Shown here: positions 35,308-50,100 of the stretch, in pieces
How the letters are laid out: each line of letters opens with the position of its first letter
Position numbering within the stretch: position 1 is the stretch's first letter
Source: Eledone cirrhosa
Taxonomy: Eukaryota
NCBI GenBank assembly: GCA_964016885.1
Contig: OZ024741.1
Coordinates: 41,292,001 to 41,356,000 of the forward strand
DNA length: 64,000 nt
Reading direction: 5' to 3'
Notes under the pieces: model-generated
The model's database searches: none
What the model was told of the DNA's origin: nothing
What the model saw: only the letters and a program-made list of their open reading frames with translations
Translations under genes and position numbers: made by a program

Positions 35308-38279
35308 TGGACACTCAGTGACAATGCCAAAGATAAAGACAAATTGACCTCATGCTGCCGGACGAGAATGCAAGGACTCCTCCTCTTTATTTCGGCTTCG
35401 GCTGCGGATGGCCATGGAGGCTATGGGTTTGGTACTAGAAATGAGGAAGGCTCCAGAATCATGGAATTCTGTGACGCAAATAACCTAACTATCTGTAACA
35501 CTAACTTCAAAACACGAGACAATCACCTGATCACCTATAGATCGGGGGAACACACAAGCCAGGTAGATTATATCCTTACCAGAACACGTGACAGAGTGTC
35601 TGTTGCAAACACTAAATCCCTCCCCCATGAAGAATGCACCTCTCAACATAGACTCATAATTAGCGACCTCATAGTCAGGACGAGACGTAATTGACAACAG
35701 AAGAGGACTATCCTCAGGAGAAAAATATGGAAGTTAAAGGACCCCACAGCCAGTAATAAATTTAAAAGCATATTACTTGATGCTTTTGATAGTAAGGAAG
35801 AGCAATTAGAGTTGTACAATATAGAGGAACAGTGGGAATTCCTGAAAGCTAACATGCTGAAGGCGACAGATGAAACTTGCGGCTGGAGCAGGCCTATAGG
35901 CAGGAGGAGAGTAACTTAGTGGTGGAACAGTAAGGTGGAGGGATAAATCAAGGCCAAAAAGCAGGCTTGGAAGGCATGTCAGAATGAGGGAGGTAGAGAA
36001 GACTATCAAGTGGCCAGGAGGGAAGGTAGGAGACAAGTGTACTTCGCAAGAAGGGAAGCAGAGGAAAGAAAGTTCAAGCATGTTCTACAACGCGAGGACC
36101 AAAAACGTGAGGTGTTCAGGATTGCTAGGCAACATGTCAAGGAAAACCGTGATATTGTCGGGGAGAAGTGTGTCCTTAATGATGATGGTGTACTTGCCAT
36201 CACTGACGCTGAGAAGAAGGTAGCTTGGAAGTGTCACTACAAAAGGCTACTAAATGAGGAGAATAATTGGGAGAAAGACAGTCTCCCCCACATTGATCCA
36301 AAGAGGGACCAGCAATGCAAGTTGAAGGTAGTATAATAAATAAGACATGAAGACGGGCAAGCCGGCTGGGCCTTCAGAAATAGTTGCTGAAATGCTGAAA
36401 GCATCTGGAACGGTGGGACACACTATGGTTTCCCGGATAGTAAACCAAGTCATACAGAATGGGGTCAATCCGAAGGACTGGCACAGCAGCAACATCATTA
36501 ACTGCTACAAGGCTAAAGGAGATGCCCTAGATAGGGTAAACTACAGAGGCATTAAATTAATTGACCAGGTCATGAAGGTCACAGAAAAAGTAATAGCGCA
36601 ACTAACAGAGAGCAAATCGATCTAGACAAAATTCAGTTCGGTTTTGTGTCAGGTAAAAGTACAACAGACGCTCTTTTCATTGTACGACAACTACAGGAGA
36701 AGTACATAGCTAAAAGTAAACCCCTATACTTAGCTTTTGTTGACTTGGAGAAAGCCCTGGTGGGCCCTTAGAAAACTAGGTGTTGATGAATGGCTTGTGA
36801 GAGCTATACAAGCCATGTATAAAGAAACAGTCAGCAAGGTTAGAATTAACAATGAATATAGTGAAGAGTTTAGCGTAAAAGTTGGTGTTCTTCAGGGCTC
36901 CGTCCTTAGCCCCCTACTATTTATTATTGCCCTTCAGGCTATAACAGAGTAGTTCAAGACCGGCTGCCCATGGGAACTTCTATACGCAGATGATCTAACG
37001 CTCATAGCTGAATCAATGGCTGAACTAGAGAAGAAATTCCAAACATGGAAGCATGGCCTAGAATCAAAAGGCCTTAAAATTAACCTGTCTAAGACTAAGG
37101 TTCTAGTTTGTAGGAAGGAAAATAGGGCACTGGTCCCATCTGGGAAATGGCCATTCTCAGTGTGTAGGAAAGGAGTAGGCAGAAATTCCATTTTATGTTA
37201 CAAATGCAAAGTATGGGTGCATAAAAGATGTAGTGGGATCACAGGTAAGCTAACTAAGAACATAGATTTTACATGTGGCCGGTGCTCTGGTGCAATAAGT
37301 AGCAGCAAGTGCCCAGGAATACTAGCTCATTCCATTGCACAGATGGTTCTATAGAAATAGTGGACAGCTTCCGTTACCTGGGTGACAAAATCAGCAGTGG
37401 TGGAGGGTGCTCTGAAAGTACAGTAGCTAGAGTCAGAACGGGATGGAAAAAGTTCAGAGAGCTTATACCACTATTGGCCGCTAAAGGGTTCTCTCTAAAA
37501 AAGAAAGGCAGGCTGTATGATGCCTGCATACGAACAGCAATGTTACATGGCAGTGAGACTTGGGCATTGTGTGCCGAGGATATACGCAGACTGGACAGGA
37601 ACGAAGCTTGCATGCTCCGTTGGATGTGTAATAGTAATATACGTGAACGGCAAAGCATAAATGAACTAAGGGAGAAATTAGGAATAAGAGGAATCAGATG
37701 TTGTTTACTCGAGAGAAGACTATGTTGGTATGGTCATGTGATGCGCATGAAAGACGACAGCTGTATAAAAAAGTGCAGGGCGATAAAAATAGACGGTAGC
37801 CACGGAGTAGGCAGACCCAGAAAAAACCTGGGATGACTTGATAAATTCCGACCTCACACACTTACACCTCTCCAAGACAATGTCACTGGACCGAGATCTT
37901 TGGCGCTACACAGTAATACAGAAGACCCGCCTTACCTAAGTATAAGATACCCCCCCCCCCCCCATCCACATCACCCCTTTCGATATAAAGTTATGTTGGT
38001 ACCACAACATCCAGGCCGAAATAAATGAGGTCGTGTAGGTGTCACGAAAAAAAAAAACACACAGTCCACGCTGTAATGTGGCCGTGTAGGTAACACGGTA
38101 AAAACCTCCCAGTCCACACTGTAAACGTGGTTGGTGTTAGGAAGGGCATCCAGCCATAGAAAACCCACCAGACAGTCCTATACGAGCAAGTCAATCAATC
38201 TTGCCTCAAGTGGGAAAATTCCCGTCCAAACCCATGCAAGCGTGGAAGATGGACGTTAAACGATGATGATAATGATGAT
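35308..38279 (+). mobile_element. RTE-clade LINE family A, longest copy (partial APE endonuclease, RT and 3' UTR), decayed
   Basis: GHGGYGFGTRNEEGSRIMEF..TNFK..ITYRSG..SQVDYIL..SQHRLI (APE C-terminal half), then RT fragments with stops and frameshifts, 3' UTR and (GAT)n tail at ~38262-38279. The 5' end abuts (TA)n. Confidence 0.93.
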
Positions 38280-38290
38280 ATATATATACG

Positions 38291-38322
<32 letters not shown>

Positions 38323-39384
38323 CGCACACATACATACACACATATATATATACACACACTCACACTTTTATATATATATATATAGAATCATCATCATCAT
38401 CACCATTTAATATCCATTTTTCCATGCTACCATGGGTTACATGAGTTATCCCATTGTGAGACAAGCCAGATCAGATGATTATATCTTGCTCACACAGAAC
38501 TGATTTTAGCTTGATTTGTATGGTTGGATGTGTTTCCTCATGTCAACCACATTTACAGTGTGTACAGGGAGCTTTTTGTCATGATACCTACATGACCTCT
38601 TTATGGTGTTGACTAGGTGCTTTTTGTCATGTCACCAACACATGTATATATAAAGATATGTATATATTTATACATATAAAAATGGGTAAAGACCCCCTTC
38701 GATCATGAGTGACTATGGGATTTTCATTTAGAAATTTCCCTTCTGAGGTTTATTATAGAAGGCCAGCATAGCTCGACACCAGTGATCATACAACTCAATC
38801 CTGCAGTTGAGTAAACTGGAGCCACATGAAATAGTGTCTTGCTCAAGAACATATCACCTTGTCCTGGATTTGAACTCACAGACTCATGATTCTGAATCCA
38901 ATGCTCCAGCCACTAAGCCTCATGCCTTTATATATATATAGAGAGAGAGACAGATGTATATCTATATATTCATACATATATATATATATGTATTTATTTA
39001 CACATATTAACACATGTATATATATATATATAAAAGTATGTGTGTATATTTGACAGCTGATGAGCAAAGAAGTTAGTATGTTTGTTCTCTTTTTTATTTG
39101 TTCGTATTTCCGTTCTTCCATGCAGATAATTTGGCAATATATATATATTAGATGTTTCCCTTCTTCGATAGGCCTAGCAGCAAATATTCCATGCAGTTTT
39201 TCATTATTAGCACCAGTTCTCAAATGAAACACTCTTCCATTCTCTATATTTTCTCATTCATACTAATCTTCAATTCAGAAATTTGATATCCCCAACATCA
39301 ATTCCACTCAACCTTCAAAATATTTCCCCCAATATTGAGAGTGGAGACAATAGAACAAGATTAACCATTTTGATACAGGCATGT

Positions 39385-39625
39385 GTTTAGAATATCTCAG
39401 AAAAGAATTACTGGTCAGATTTTATGAGCAAAACCAACTGGAAGGAGGGAGACCTAGGGATAAACCCTGAGCAAAATTGTTGGATAACATCTATGAGCTC
39501 AGCTGATATCACTTGCGGATCCAGTTGGATCAGTTGGAGAAGAAGAAGAAGGAAAAGAAGAAGGAAAAGAAGAAAAAGAAGGAATAGAAGAAGAAAAAAA
39601 GAAAAAGAAGAAGAAGAAGAAGAAT
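39385..39625 (+). mobile_element. Degenerate RTE-like family C 3' fragment with expanded (GAA)n tail
   Basis: GGAGACCTAGGGATAAACCCTGAGCAAAATTGTTGGATAACATCTATGAGCT resembles 29307-29516. Confidence 0.6.
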
Positions 39626-40759
39626 GTATTGGTCAATCAGATGCCCACGGTGCCACACAATGGAAATGAACATGAAACTGTATGGTTGTACAACAAAATC
39701 CTTAAACACACAGCTCTACCTCACTGACTCATTTAATGTTTCCTCTATAATACCTACTACAACCTCTATTTAGAAATTAGACAATAGTGTTTAAAAAATT
39801 CATGGAAACAAAACATCAGAAGGAAATAAGTAGAATAGCAACATAATGGTCATTCATCATCATCAACATCTTCGTTTAACGTCCATTTTCCACGCTAGCA
39901 TGGGTTCATCATCATCATCATCACCGTTTTACGTCCGTTCTTCCATGCTAGCATGGGTTAGACGGGTTGTCCTGTTGTGAGCAGTATCTGGTCGGCTGAC
40001 CATGCCTTGTTTATAGGGGGGGTTATTCATATATGATAATTTGCTAAGTGTTTTTATTTGCTGTCACACAGAAATATATGATTGCAATTAATCAGTTTTT
40101 TTTTTTAGTATTGAACACTTTTCATTTCTGTAAACTATGGAAAGTTTTGATAGAGAATTCTTCATCCAGACTAGACAACACTTCAACTGTCATTTTCAAA
40201 GCAATAATTGACCAAAAAATAAAAATAAACTGACCAAACATCAATAAAATATATAAGTAAAGTGGTTGATGTTAGAAAGTTCATCTACCAAGCCGAAATG
40301 TGGAATGTAGAAATGCGATGCGGTCCTTGATACCTTATCTATGAGAGCTGTATCCCTGAATAAGTACTGATTCAGACCATAACACCCTGTTTACCCCATA
40401 CCAGCATGGAAAATATACATAAAACAAAGATACTTATTATGATGCTATAAATAAAAGGGATAGAAACAACCATATAAGGATAAAAGAGAAAATGGACATA
40501 ACACAACATATGCAACCACCCCAAAAAGCAAACTATACACAAAACCACAAAAATATAAAATATAAAAAAAACAAAAAGACAAAGCAAGTATTATGTTATA
40601 TATTCTCAGAAACCTAGTCAAGCAGATCTATTGATACATGTCAAGTCCATAATGGAATGTTAAAGAGGAGAAAGAATTTATTATTCTCAATACCATAACA
40701 TTTCTTATCTACCTACTCTTGCTTGGTCAGAGAACTATTAATTCTTACCTTTATTTTTA

Positions 40760-40781
40760 CTACTACTACTACTGCTATTTT

Positions 40782-40821
<40 letters not shown>

Positions 40822-40920
40822 ACTACTATTACTGTAAATGCTACTACTACTACTATTGTTACTACTATTTGTACTACTACCACTGCTGCCGTTACTACTA
40901 CTATTGTTATTAATACTAAT
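40760..40920. repeat. (TAC)n/(TGC)n compound trinucleotide microsatellite
   Basis: Direct reading. Confidence 0.9.
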
Positions 40921-40921
40921 A

Positions 40922-41107
40922 ATAATTGTTTCTACTTTTGGCACAAGGCCAGCAATTACCCAGTGCATTACTGGTACTTTATTTTATCGACCCCGTAAGG
41001 ATGAAAGGCAAAGTTAACCTCGGCGGGATTTGAACTCAGAACATAAAGGGCCATAACTCTATGCTGCAAAGCTTGGTGTCTGACACTCTACCGACACTGC
41101 CAATCCA
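40922..41107 (-). mobile_element. SINE family 2, near full-length
   Basis: Reverse complement of the 16390-16575 pattern (GTTTCTACTTTTGGCACAAGGCCAG...GGATTTGAACTC...CTCTACCGACACTGCCAATCC). Confidence 0.87.
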
Positions 41108-41378
41108 TCACCCTCACTACTACTGATACTAATAATAACATTCTTACTAGTACATAATCCATTGTTTTACAGATGGAATAAGTAAATCATCAGTTTCTTC
41201 ACAAAGTTGTAACAAAGCTATGTTTATGGAGTGTATATCAGTATCATCATTTTACGTCCGTTTTCCCTGCTTGTCTATGTATGTGTGTGTATATATATAT
41301 ATATGTGTGTGTGTTTACAAGCAAGTACATACACACACATAAATATATATATATATACACATGCCTGTAGACAGACAC

Positions 41379-41451
<73 letters not shown>

Positions 41452-41507
41452 ACATTTTTTCCAATTCCACCCCACCCGTCCCTTCAATCTATTTTATTTC
41501 TCATTCT

Positions 41508-41545
41508 TTCTTCTGATGAAGGACTAGCGTCCGAAACATTAAGAC
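41508..41545 (+). ncRNA. Minimal hammerhead ribozyme motif (Penelope type) in a ~175-bp island between microsatellites
   Basis: tctt-CTGATGA-A-GGAC-tagc-GTCC-GAAACATTA^AGA. CUGAUGA and GAAA boxes are intact and stem II has 4 bp. Stem III reads AACATT where the palindrome AACGTT is expected. Confidence 0.7.
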
Positions 41546-41626
41546 CCTCTTCCTGCTATTTCAAGCGTGAACCTAATATATTCCTTCCATATACTGTACC
41601 GATTGTGTTGTTTCTGTTTACCTTTT

Positions 41627-41726
<100 letters not shown>

Positions 41727-42579
41727 CAAATAGACAACACCATTGGCAGAGAATTCTTTTGACGGAACCTACCGTTTTTGTGACAGGCAGACAAAACACT
41801 TGTAGTTATTATAATATAGATATTATTATTATTATATGTCAATTTCCTTCACCCTTGTTAGTGCCACATACTTTTTACCGTTCCAAATATTCCAGACGTT
41901 ACTACATCAGTAAAGCTAAGTGGAGTTATATTTTATTCTTAACTAGATTTTTCTATGTTCATATTACTACTATGGATCAAACATCATCATCATGGATACA
42001 GCCTGGCTGAATGGATTAGAAGTTTGCTTTGAATTTATTAAGTCTCTGGGTCGATCCCACTGTAGAATCTTGGGAAAGTGTCATTTACCATAGCTTTGAG
42101 CTGACATAAGCCTTACCAATGAAACTGGGTAAAGGGAAAGTGTTTAGAAGTCTGTTGGATGGACTGTACCTGTATTTCGAAGGGCAGCTTTGTCATACAT
42201 TGTCATGTTGCATCTCTTTTAGAATGACCATATATACTCGTATATAAGGTGAGAAATATGAAAAAAATAATAAGGCGGGAGGTGGGGGGGGGGGGATATT
42301 CAATGTCAATATTTTACTGGATTTCACCAACTTCAAAATTCCATGTAAATGAGGTGCTGAGATATTTTCACTTTAGAGGTGAATATTACACCTGTTTCAC
42401 TTTCTACATGAAATTAGTATTTTCTGCTGATTTTGATGTTTTGAATGAATACAACCTTCAAAATGTTTAGAAATTGGTAAAATATCATTATGTAATGGAG
42501 TAGTGAAACATAAACTATACTCTAAATGACACTTAAATCATTTTAAACATCAAAATATTAAAACTTCATCAATATATTC

Positions 42580-42765
42580 AGGAGACCCAGGGGTAGACCC
42601 CAAGCAAGATGGTTGGATAACATCCATGAGCTTGGCTAGTCTCACTTGGGGATCCATCCAGATCAGTTGGAGAGGGTTGCTTCTTACAGGACCCTCTGAA
42701 AGGAAATGTTTAAGGATTCTGCCCTCATGACCCTCTCAGGATTAACTGGGCAAAGAAGAAGAAAT
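42580..42765 (+). mobile_element. RTE-like LINE family C 3' fragment
   Basis: GGAGACCCAGGGGTAGACCCCAAGCAAGATGGTTGGATAACATCC... ending GAAGAAGAA. Confidence 0.72.
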
Positions 42766-43160
42766 ATATTCAGTACCATCTAAACATAATGGCTTATAAT
42801 CAGGGTTTGGATTTTTGCCTATTTCTTAGACATAAAATAGGAGGCTGACTTATATTTTAGTATATATGATAAGTTAATTCTTAACATCCTGTAATGATTT
42901 AGCTGAAAATATCTAAAAACGTATTTGTTAATACAATTACAGTATCTTATTAGTGGACAGATTGTTGTAAAAATGTTGAATATAGTGTAATGCAGTCATA
43001 ACGCTGATCTATACTTTTTAAGAATGACTTACTAATGTGGTTTTATGTAGTACAGGATATTAAGAGATAAAGACAATGTGTCTGTGGAGTGCTCGGCCAC
43101 TTAAATGTTAATCTACAAACAGTCTGTTCTGTTCATCAAACAACTAACTAGAACACATAT

Positions 43161-43376
43161 CATTTAGCATTTAAACCGGCTATATCCGGCCAGAATTCTC
43201 TCACCTCTTTCTGTTCAAACTGGCCGTAACCAGTCACTCATACTGATGTTAAGGTTTTGTTCTCAAAATAATATCAAAATCTCATAGATTCGACATTATG
43301 TGGGATAATTATGTGAGGTAAAGCCTTTACCATGAAAATATAATAGTAAATATAGAGTAATGTAAATGGTAAAGGG
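43161..43376. mobile_element. piggyBac-type MITE, second copy (left TIR eroded)
   Basis: Colinear with 24556-24776; right end TAAATGGTAAAGGG|TTAA. Confidence 0.8.
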
Positions 43377-44137
43377 TTAACAGAGGTCCTTTGTATAGGT
43401 CAAACTCACCTGAGTTATAATAAACTAGCAGCTTAGTGTTGTTTTATCTAAATACATGTTTTACTGCTGTACAACCAAATGTTTCTTATTCTTAGCTCTA
43501 AAACAATGCAGGTTCTTACTGCTCATTTCTAACAAACAATAGGATAAATACATTTATATAACAAAGTAAAAGACACAGAAAACTCCCCAAAAAATCAATA
43601 TAGCTACATACATCCCAGAATTTATGGTTGTACGCACATATTGTACTTTATACACCAACCAACTGTCGCTTCTTTCTCTGTGTGAGTGTTTATGTATGTA
43701 TAAATGTATAGACATACACAAATACAAACTGGCAGCTTTTAGATTATTACAAATATCATATATATATATGATATATATATATTATATATATAAGCAAGTA
43801 TTGCACCAAGGGCACTACATCAGTTACAACGACGAGTGTTCCAGTTGATCCGATCAACGGAACAGCCTGCTTGTGAATTTAATATGCAAGTGGCTGAGCA
43901 TTCCACAAACATCCATACCCTTAACATATTTCTCAGGGAGATTCAGCATGACACACAATGTGACAAGGCTGTCTCTTTGTATTACAGGTACACCATATAT
44001 ATATATATAAATGTAAGTATGCACATGTACAAACATATATATACATACACACATTATCATCAGCATCGTTTAACGTCTATCTTCCATGCTAGCATGGGTT
44101 TAGACGGGAATTGTCCCACATATACATATGTACGTAT

Positions 44138-44176
<39 letters not shown>

Positions 44177-44227
44177 AGAATACAAGAAATGAACAAAGAA
44201 GATGATGAATTAACTTAAAGAGAGTTA

Positions 44228-44268
44228 AATACTCAACGTATCAGACATTTGTCCTTCATCAGGAATAA
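44228..44268 (-). ncRNA. Degenerate minimal hammerhead motif
   Basis: Minus strand attc-CTGATGA-A-GGAC-aaat-GTCT-GATACGTTGAG has the same layout as 41508-41545, with GAAA changed to GATA. Confidence 0.5.
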
Positions 44269-45049
44269 CAGAGTTCAAAGTATAGAAAAGGAGGAAACAG
44301 AAATGGCAAAACACACACAAAAAAAAATTTAATAAAATGATCACTGGATGAAGAAGTACCAGGAAACTCCAGTAGAAGGAAGCTGCAGTAGAGGTAGACC
44401 AAGAATGACCTAGGTGGTGGTGATGAGAGCAGGTCTCAAATTTCTGGGACTTACTGAGCAGATGACGAAGGAATATGAGGAAGGGAGAGCTGCTATGATG
44501 AAAAGAATCTATTGTGACCCATGCAAGCATGGAAAAGCGTAAAAATGACTATGATGATGACAATATATATAAACAGTGACTTGAGGGCCTAGTATTTCAT
44601 GCTTAAGAGAATTGATCAGAGAGAGCAAGAGAGGGAGGAGTGTGAGAGATGGAGAGAGTGAAAGAGAGAAAGTGGTGGGGGGAGCAGGGCAAGAGAAAAA
44701 TTGATAAAGAGAAATGTGGAAGTAATTACTCCCAGTACTTGTCTGGTATTTTATTTAACAATCACGAAAGTCTAAAATGCAAAGTTAACTTCTGTGGTGT
44801 GTGGAACAAATACCAAGGTATTTTTAATGAGCTGCCCTCACAACTTTGCCAATTCACTGCTAAGTACATGGACACAAATATATACATACACACACACAAA
44901 TACATACATACATGAACACAATCCTTACACACACACACACATAATTACATTCATGCACACACCTACTTATATTGAAAATCAATCAGAAAATCTTGGTAAG
45001 CCCCTTTATATATATATTAAAAAAAAAAAAAACAGCAGCAAGACAAAAA

Positions 45050-45290
45050 ATAAGAAAAAGAAGAAAAAGAAGAACAAGAAGAAAAAGAAAAAGAAAGAGG
45101 AAGATGAAGTAGAAAAAGAAGAAAAAGAGAAAGAAGAGAAAGAAGAAAAGGAAGAAAAAGAAGAAAAAGAGTAAGAAGAAAAGGAAGAAAAAGAAGAAGA
45201 AAAAAAGGAAGAAGAAGAAGAAGAAGAAGAAGAAGAAGAAGAAGAAGAAGAAGAAGAAGAAGAAGAAGAAGAAGAAGACGACGATGATGA
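45050..45290. repeat. (GAA)n-rich purine tract
   Basis: Direct reading. Confidence 0.92.
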
Positions 45291-46352
45291 CAACAGTTGA
45301 AGAAAAAGACAACCACTACAAATTGAAAATTTGTTCACTTGTAAATTTTAAACTGTATCATAAGTGTCTACTGCCATTAGTTTTCCATTGTCTTATCAGA
45401 ATTCCAAGATAACCTGTACATCTGAAAGGCTGATAATGGTTATCTTATGTAGGAAGATTTCCTACTTCTCACTCTTTCATTATTATTATTATTAGAAACA
45501 TTAAAATAAAATGAAATAAAATAAAATAGAAACTATAAAACAGAGAAGCATAAGAGATTATCCAGAGGCATATCAGACATTATTGTATCCTCATCAGATT
45601 AAAACTACTTGCATGATTCAGTGTATGGAGGAATATTGTTATAGCAATGCTACACACGCAGGTGTGTGTCAGTGTGTGTGATCATCATCATTTAACGTCT
45701 GCTTTCTCTGCTAGCAAGGGTTGGATGGGTCTTCATAGAACAGGTCAGTTCTGTAGCAGAGCTACTGACCTCCCAGACAAGCTGAAGTGTCTGTATCTCG
45801 TTTACATATGGTCACACCATTATATTGAGTACCGAGGAGAAGTTGCCGTGTCTTTTGACACAAACTGAAACGTCCTCCCGACAACTTCTTGTGTGTGTCT
45901 ATGTGGATTTCATCATCTTTTTAATATCCAATTTCCCTGCTAGCAAGGGTTCAAGGGTTTACATAGACCATGTTAGTACTAATGCACCCCTACTGATCTC
46001 TCAGACAGGCCAGGAATCTGTGTTCTGCTTATGTAGTATCACGTTCTACTGAGAGCACAGGAGAGGTTTTTATGTAATGTTATGTGTATATAAATTTATA
46101 TATATACATATATCAAAGGTATATATTGAGTTAGAAACTCAAAATAGTCTCTTAGCTGAAGTAAAAAGATTTTTCTGGGCCGTGTAATATATTTGAATAT
46201 AAAAGAGAGATAAACACAGATATATATATATATGTGTTCAAATCGCAAAGGACTAGATTTGCTAGGGTGAAAAAAATACTATGAACAATAGGTTTGCCAG
46301 ACTCAATTTAAAAGAATAAATTATCTGTCTTTTATATTCAATTATATATATA

Positions 46353-46689
46353 CATGGCTTAGTGGTTAGAGCATTGGCCTTGCAATCGAAAGGTTGTGAG
46401 TTCAATTCTCAGACCAGGTGATGTGTTGTTTCCTTGAGCAAGACACTTTATTTTACATTGCTCCAGTTTACTCAGCTGTAGAAATGAGATGATAGGGACT
46501 GGGGTCCCTATCATTCCACTGCAAAGTGGTCATGGAGGTGCCACGGCAAAAAAGCACCCAGCACTCACTGTAAATGAGGTTGGTGTTAGGAAGGGCATCC
46601 AGCTGTAGAAATCAAGCCAGAATCAGTTCCTGTCCCACCCTTGCAAGCAGGGAAAAGTGGACGTAAAATGAAATGATGATGATGATGAT
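46353..46689 (+). mobile_element. tRNA-derived SINE family 1
   Basis: Near-identical to 28449-28795. Confidence 0.9.
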
Positions 46690-46785
46690 AAATCAGGATG
46701 GATTCAGTTTGAAACTGGTTAGACCTGTACTCAACAAAGTACTCGATACTTGACGTAGTAGAGTATGGCTATATTATAAATAGAT

Positions 46786-47104
46786 GGAGGTGCATGGCTT
46801 AATGGTTAGAGCATTGGCCTTGCAATCGAAAGGTCGTGAGTTCAATTCTCAGACTGGGTGATGTGTTGTTTCCTTGAGCAAGACACTTTATTTCACATTG
46901 CTCCAGTTTACTCAGCTGTAGAAATGAGATGATAGGGACTGGGGTCCCTATCATTCCACTGCAAAAAAGCACCCAGCACTCACTGTAAATGAGGTTGATG
47001 TTAGGAAAGGCATCCAGCTGTAGAAATCAAGCCAGCATCAGTTCCCGTCCCACCCTTGCAAGCAGGGAAAAGTGGACGTAAAATGAAATGATGATGAAAA
47101 TGAT
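46786..47104 (+). mobile_element. tRNA-derived SINE family 1 with an internal deletion
   Basis: Same head and tail; lacks GTGGTCGTGGAGGTGCCACGGC, deleted between GCAAA microhomologies. Confidence 0.88.
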
Positions 47105-50100
47105 GGGACCCGACGGCTGAGCTCTTGCTGTTTCAACAGCTAGTTCCAGACTTTTACCATCATCATCATATATCCAATGGTGTAGCAGAGACCCACAATC
47201 CTCCCCCACCTGATACAGCTTCTGTAATCAGGTTATGGTTGCATGTTTGAATGATTAGTCCTGGACATTAATAGAATTTTAATTCCTAAATGGAATCTGA
47301 ATTCAGAAAATTCAAAACACTAAGTGCTAGAACAGATACTGTAAAGACATCTCGTCTACCTGACACTCAAACAATTTTACCAACCACATCCACCTCGGAC
47401 TGGTACTTTATTTTATCAACTCTGAAAAGAAGAAATACAAAATTGAGCTCAGCAGGCTTGGAACTCAGAGTGCAGAGAGCTATAAAAATTACAAAATATC
47501 ATATCCAATACACTAATGACTCTCACAAAACCTTGCTGCCTTACTTTTCAGCACTAACATACAAACAACAGTAACAATAACAACAATAATTTCCTCTTTG
47601 ATAGAAAAGGTTATCATTTTTCATTCCATAATGAATTGTTTTTCAATCAAAACATAATTTATCATCATTAGTTGTTTTACATCACATCTTTGTTTTTCTT
47701 TCCTTGCATTTTGGCATGGTTTTGATAGGTATACAAAGATAAACATATCAAAATAGTGATTCATTTTTGAGTAGGCAAGGGGCCAACTTTTATAGTGGCA
47801 GGCTTACAGTTAATTGAAAAAGAATCCAGTAAGTATATATGACTAGCAATTATTGTAGAGCAGCCACTAAGAGTAAAAGATGAAAAATAAAAATCAGCTA
47901 TGTCAAGCTGGGTTGTATTTGAACTCAAAACAATGAAGTGCTAAATAAGCCATTAGTCAATATACTAGGCAGTGAAGTGGTAGAGTTGTTAGAATGTCAG
48001 ATATAATGCTTTGTACTATTTTTTCTGACACACTCTGTTTTAAGTTCAAATCCTACTACGGTCAAGCGTTCTTTCATCCTTTGAGGTCAATAATAAAAGT
48101 GCCAGTCTAATACTGGATCGATTCTTCTATATCTTTTTCTTAATCTCTCTCTCTCTCTCTTTCTCTCTCTCTCCTTCTCTGGAATAAATTGACTGAACCA
48201 ACTTGGATGGGCTCTGCCAGTTTTAAAATGTTCATGCCTCTATGACCTCACAACTACTGCCATCCCTCCCAATGGAGTATGACTTGGTGGTATGTACTAT
48301 GATTTCACTGTTGTTTGTCCTTCGGAGTTGAAGACAATCATGACTTCAATGTTGAGTGGTGAATTTTTGGTTGTAGGTTTGGTGGTAGTTGGTTAGGCCA
48401 ATCCAGGCCCAGACACCACTCCCACATGTGGAGTACATGTGAGTAAGTGTTGCAGTGAAAATGGATGTGGTTCATGCCTTGCATGTGGAATGCTTTCTCT
48501 GAGCCTCTGCAATGTGTCTGGTTTCTGCTGTACATGTTCTTTCAAAGATTTTGTTCTGCCAGGTTTAATGATCTAGGGCAAGTGATTCATGCTTTCACTA
48601 TACTGGTTTTAGGTGCCCATGTAGTCATGAGCAGATATAGATGACCTCTTGACAACCTCCCTCCAGTGATCCAGCAGAAAATCCAGGATGTGGCAGCTGG
48701 AGAAGAAGAATGCTATATCAGCACAAAGCTAGGCTGGGTTGGTGGTTTCTTTATCAACCCAAAAGAATGAAAGTGGTCCATAATGAGATTTGAACTCAGA
48801 GAATAGAGAACCAAAATGAACATCCAACACTGAAATAACTCTGCCAAATCCATACACCCACACATATCCCTATATATTTATAAGTAATCTAGTAACAGAA
48901 TTTATTGCTATTTCTGACTTAGCAACCAAAGTTTTAAACTGCTGCCTAAGCAATTTTTATCCAAAGATATACATTGTGATAGATCCTTTTAAAATTGCTG
49001 ACTGTTGCTAAGAGAAATAGAACCTATCTAATAAAAGTGCATCCTCCCTCCCAACCACACACACATACATACATGAGTGTGTGAACATGTATGTGAGTGG
49101 GCCTACACACACTTGTGTGTATAAGCACACAACCTGTTAGTTAGGGTGCTGAGCTTCCAATTATAAGGTCATACATTCAATGTCAGACTGAGAAGTGTAA
49201 TGTGCCCTTGAGCAAGATACTTCATTTCATGTTGCTCCAGTATGCACAAGTAAAAATAAGTAGCTGTAGTCGTAGCAGTAACAGACTGAGACATTGTCCA
49301 AGGGGAAGACTTGTACTGTAGTAACTTAACATTAATAAAACTGGAATAAGCACTGGTCTGATTAGCCAGTGGGCTTGGAAAAGACATTAACTAACTTATT
49401 ATACTGGATTTTTTCCTATTCTAGTAATTATATGTTCAATTTATTCTTAGAGCTCTGTTCATAATGTTCTGAACATAGCAATACCATTACAAGAATTATG
49501 TGCCATTTGTCTTATTGCAAAATACTATCTCAATATTTTGTATGGCTTTTTATGTATATTTCTTTAATAACTATTTCCAACAATTCCATGTTATAGTCAG
49601 TGGCTTTATAATACAGTAAACAGACAAAAGCATCAAATTAATGTCTTTTCTGCCAAGAATTTGTGATTCTCTTACATTTGTTCTTTAATTAAAACACATA
49701 CACACCACAACCACACACTCATAAACCACCCTAGAGGAATGGAAAGGAATGTAGTGGATATTCACCAGTTTTCACGATGATTGTTTCAGTTTTTCAATCA
49801 ATTGGTTGATCAATGTTTTCTGAATAAAATTTATGAGACTGAAATCTGTGGAGGCTTTTCATTGTATATAAGTATGTGCAAATTCATGTAAGTGTTAATA
49901 TATGTAAATACAACTATAAACATATAATATATGTGTGTGTATATATATATATATACACACACATATGCATATATATATGCACAGGGACATGGAAATAATT
50001 GGGCTGGATACCCAATTGTGCGGTTAAACCACTGGGAGTGAAGGACCCCTAGCTTTTGCCAGGGAAATTTTTCTAGAAGGCAACCCAGGAAACTGGGATA

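Noticed and set aside
44794-45338. Poly-K/E, poly-F, poly-S and poly-L ORFs
   Set aside because: All are frames of one (GAA)n tract.
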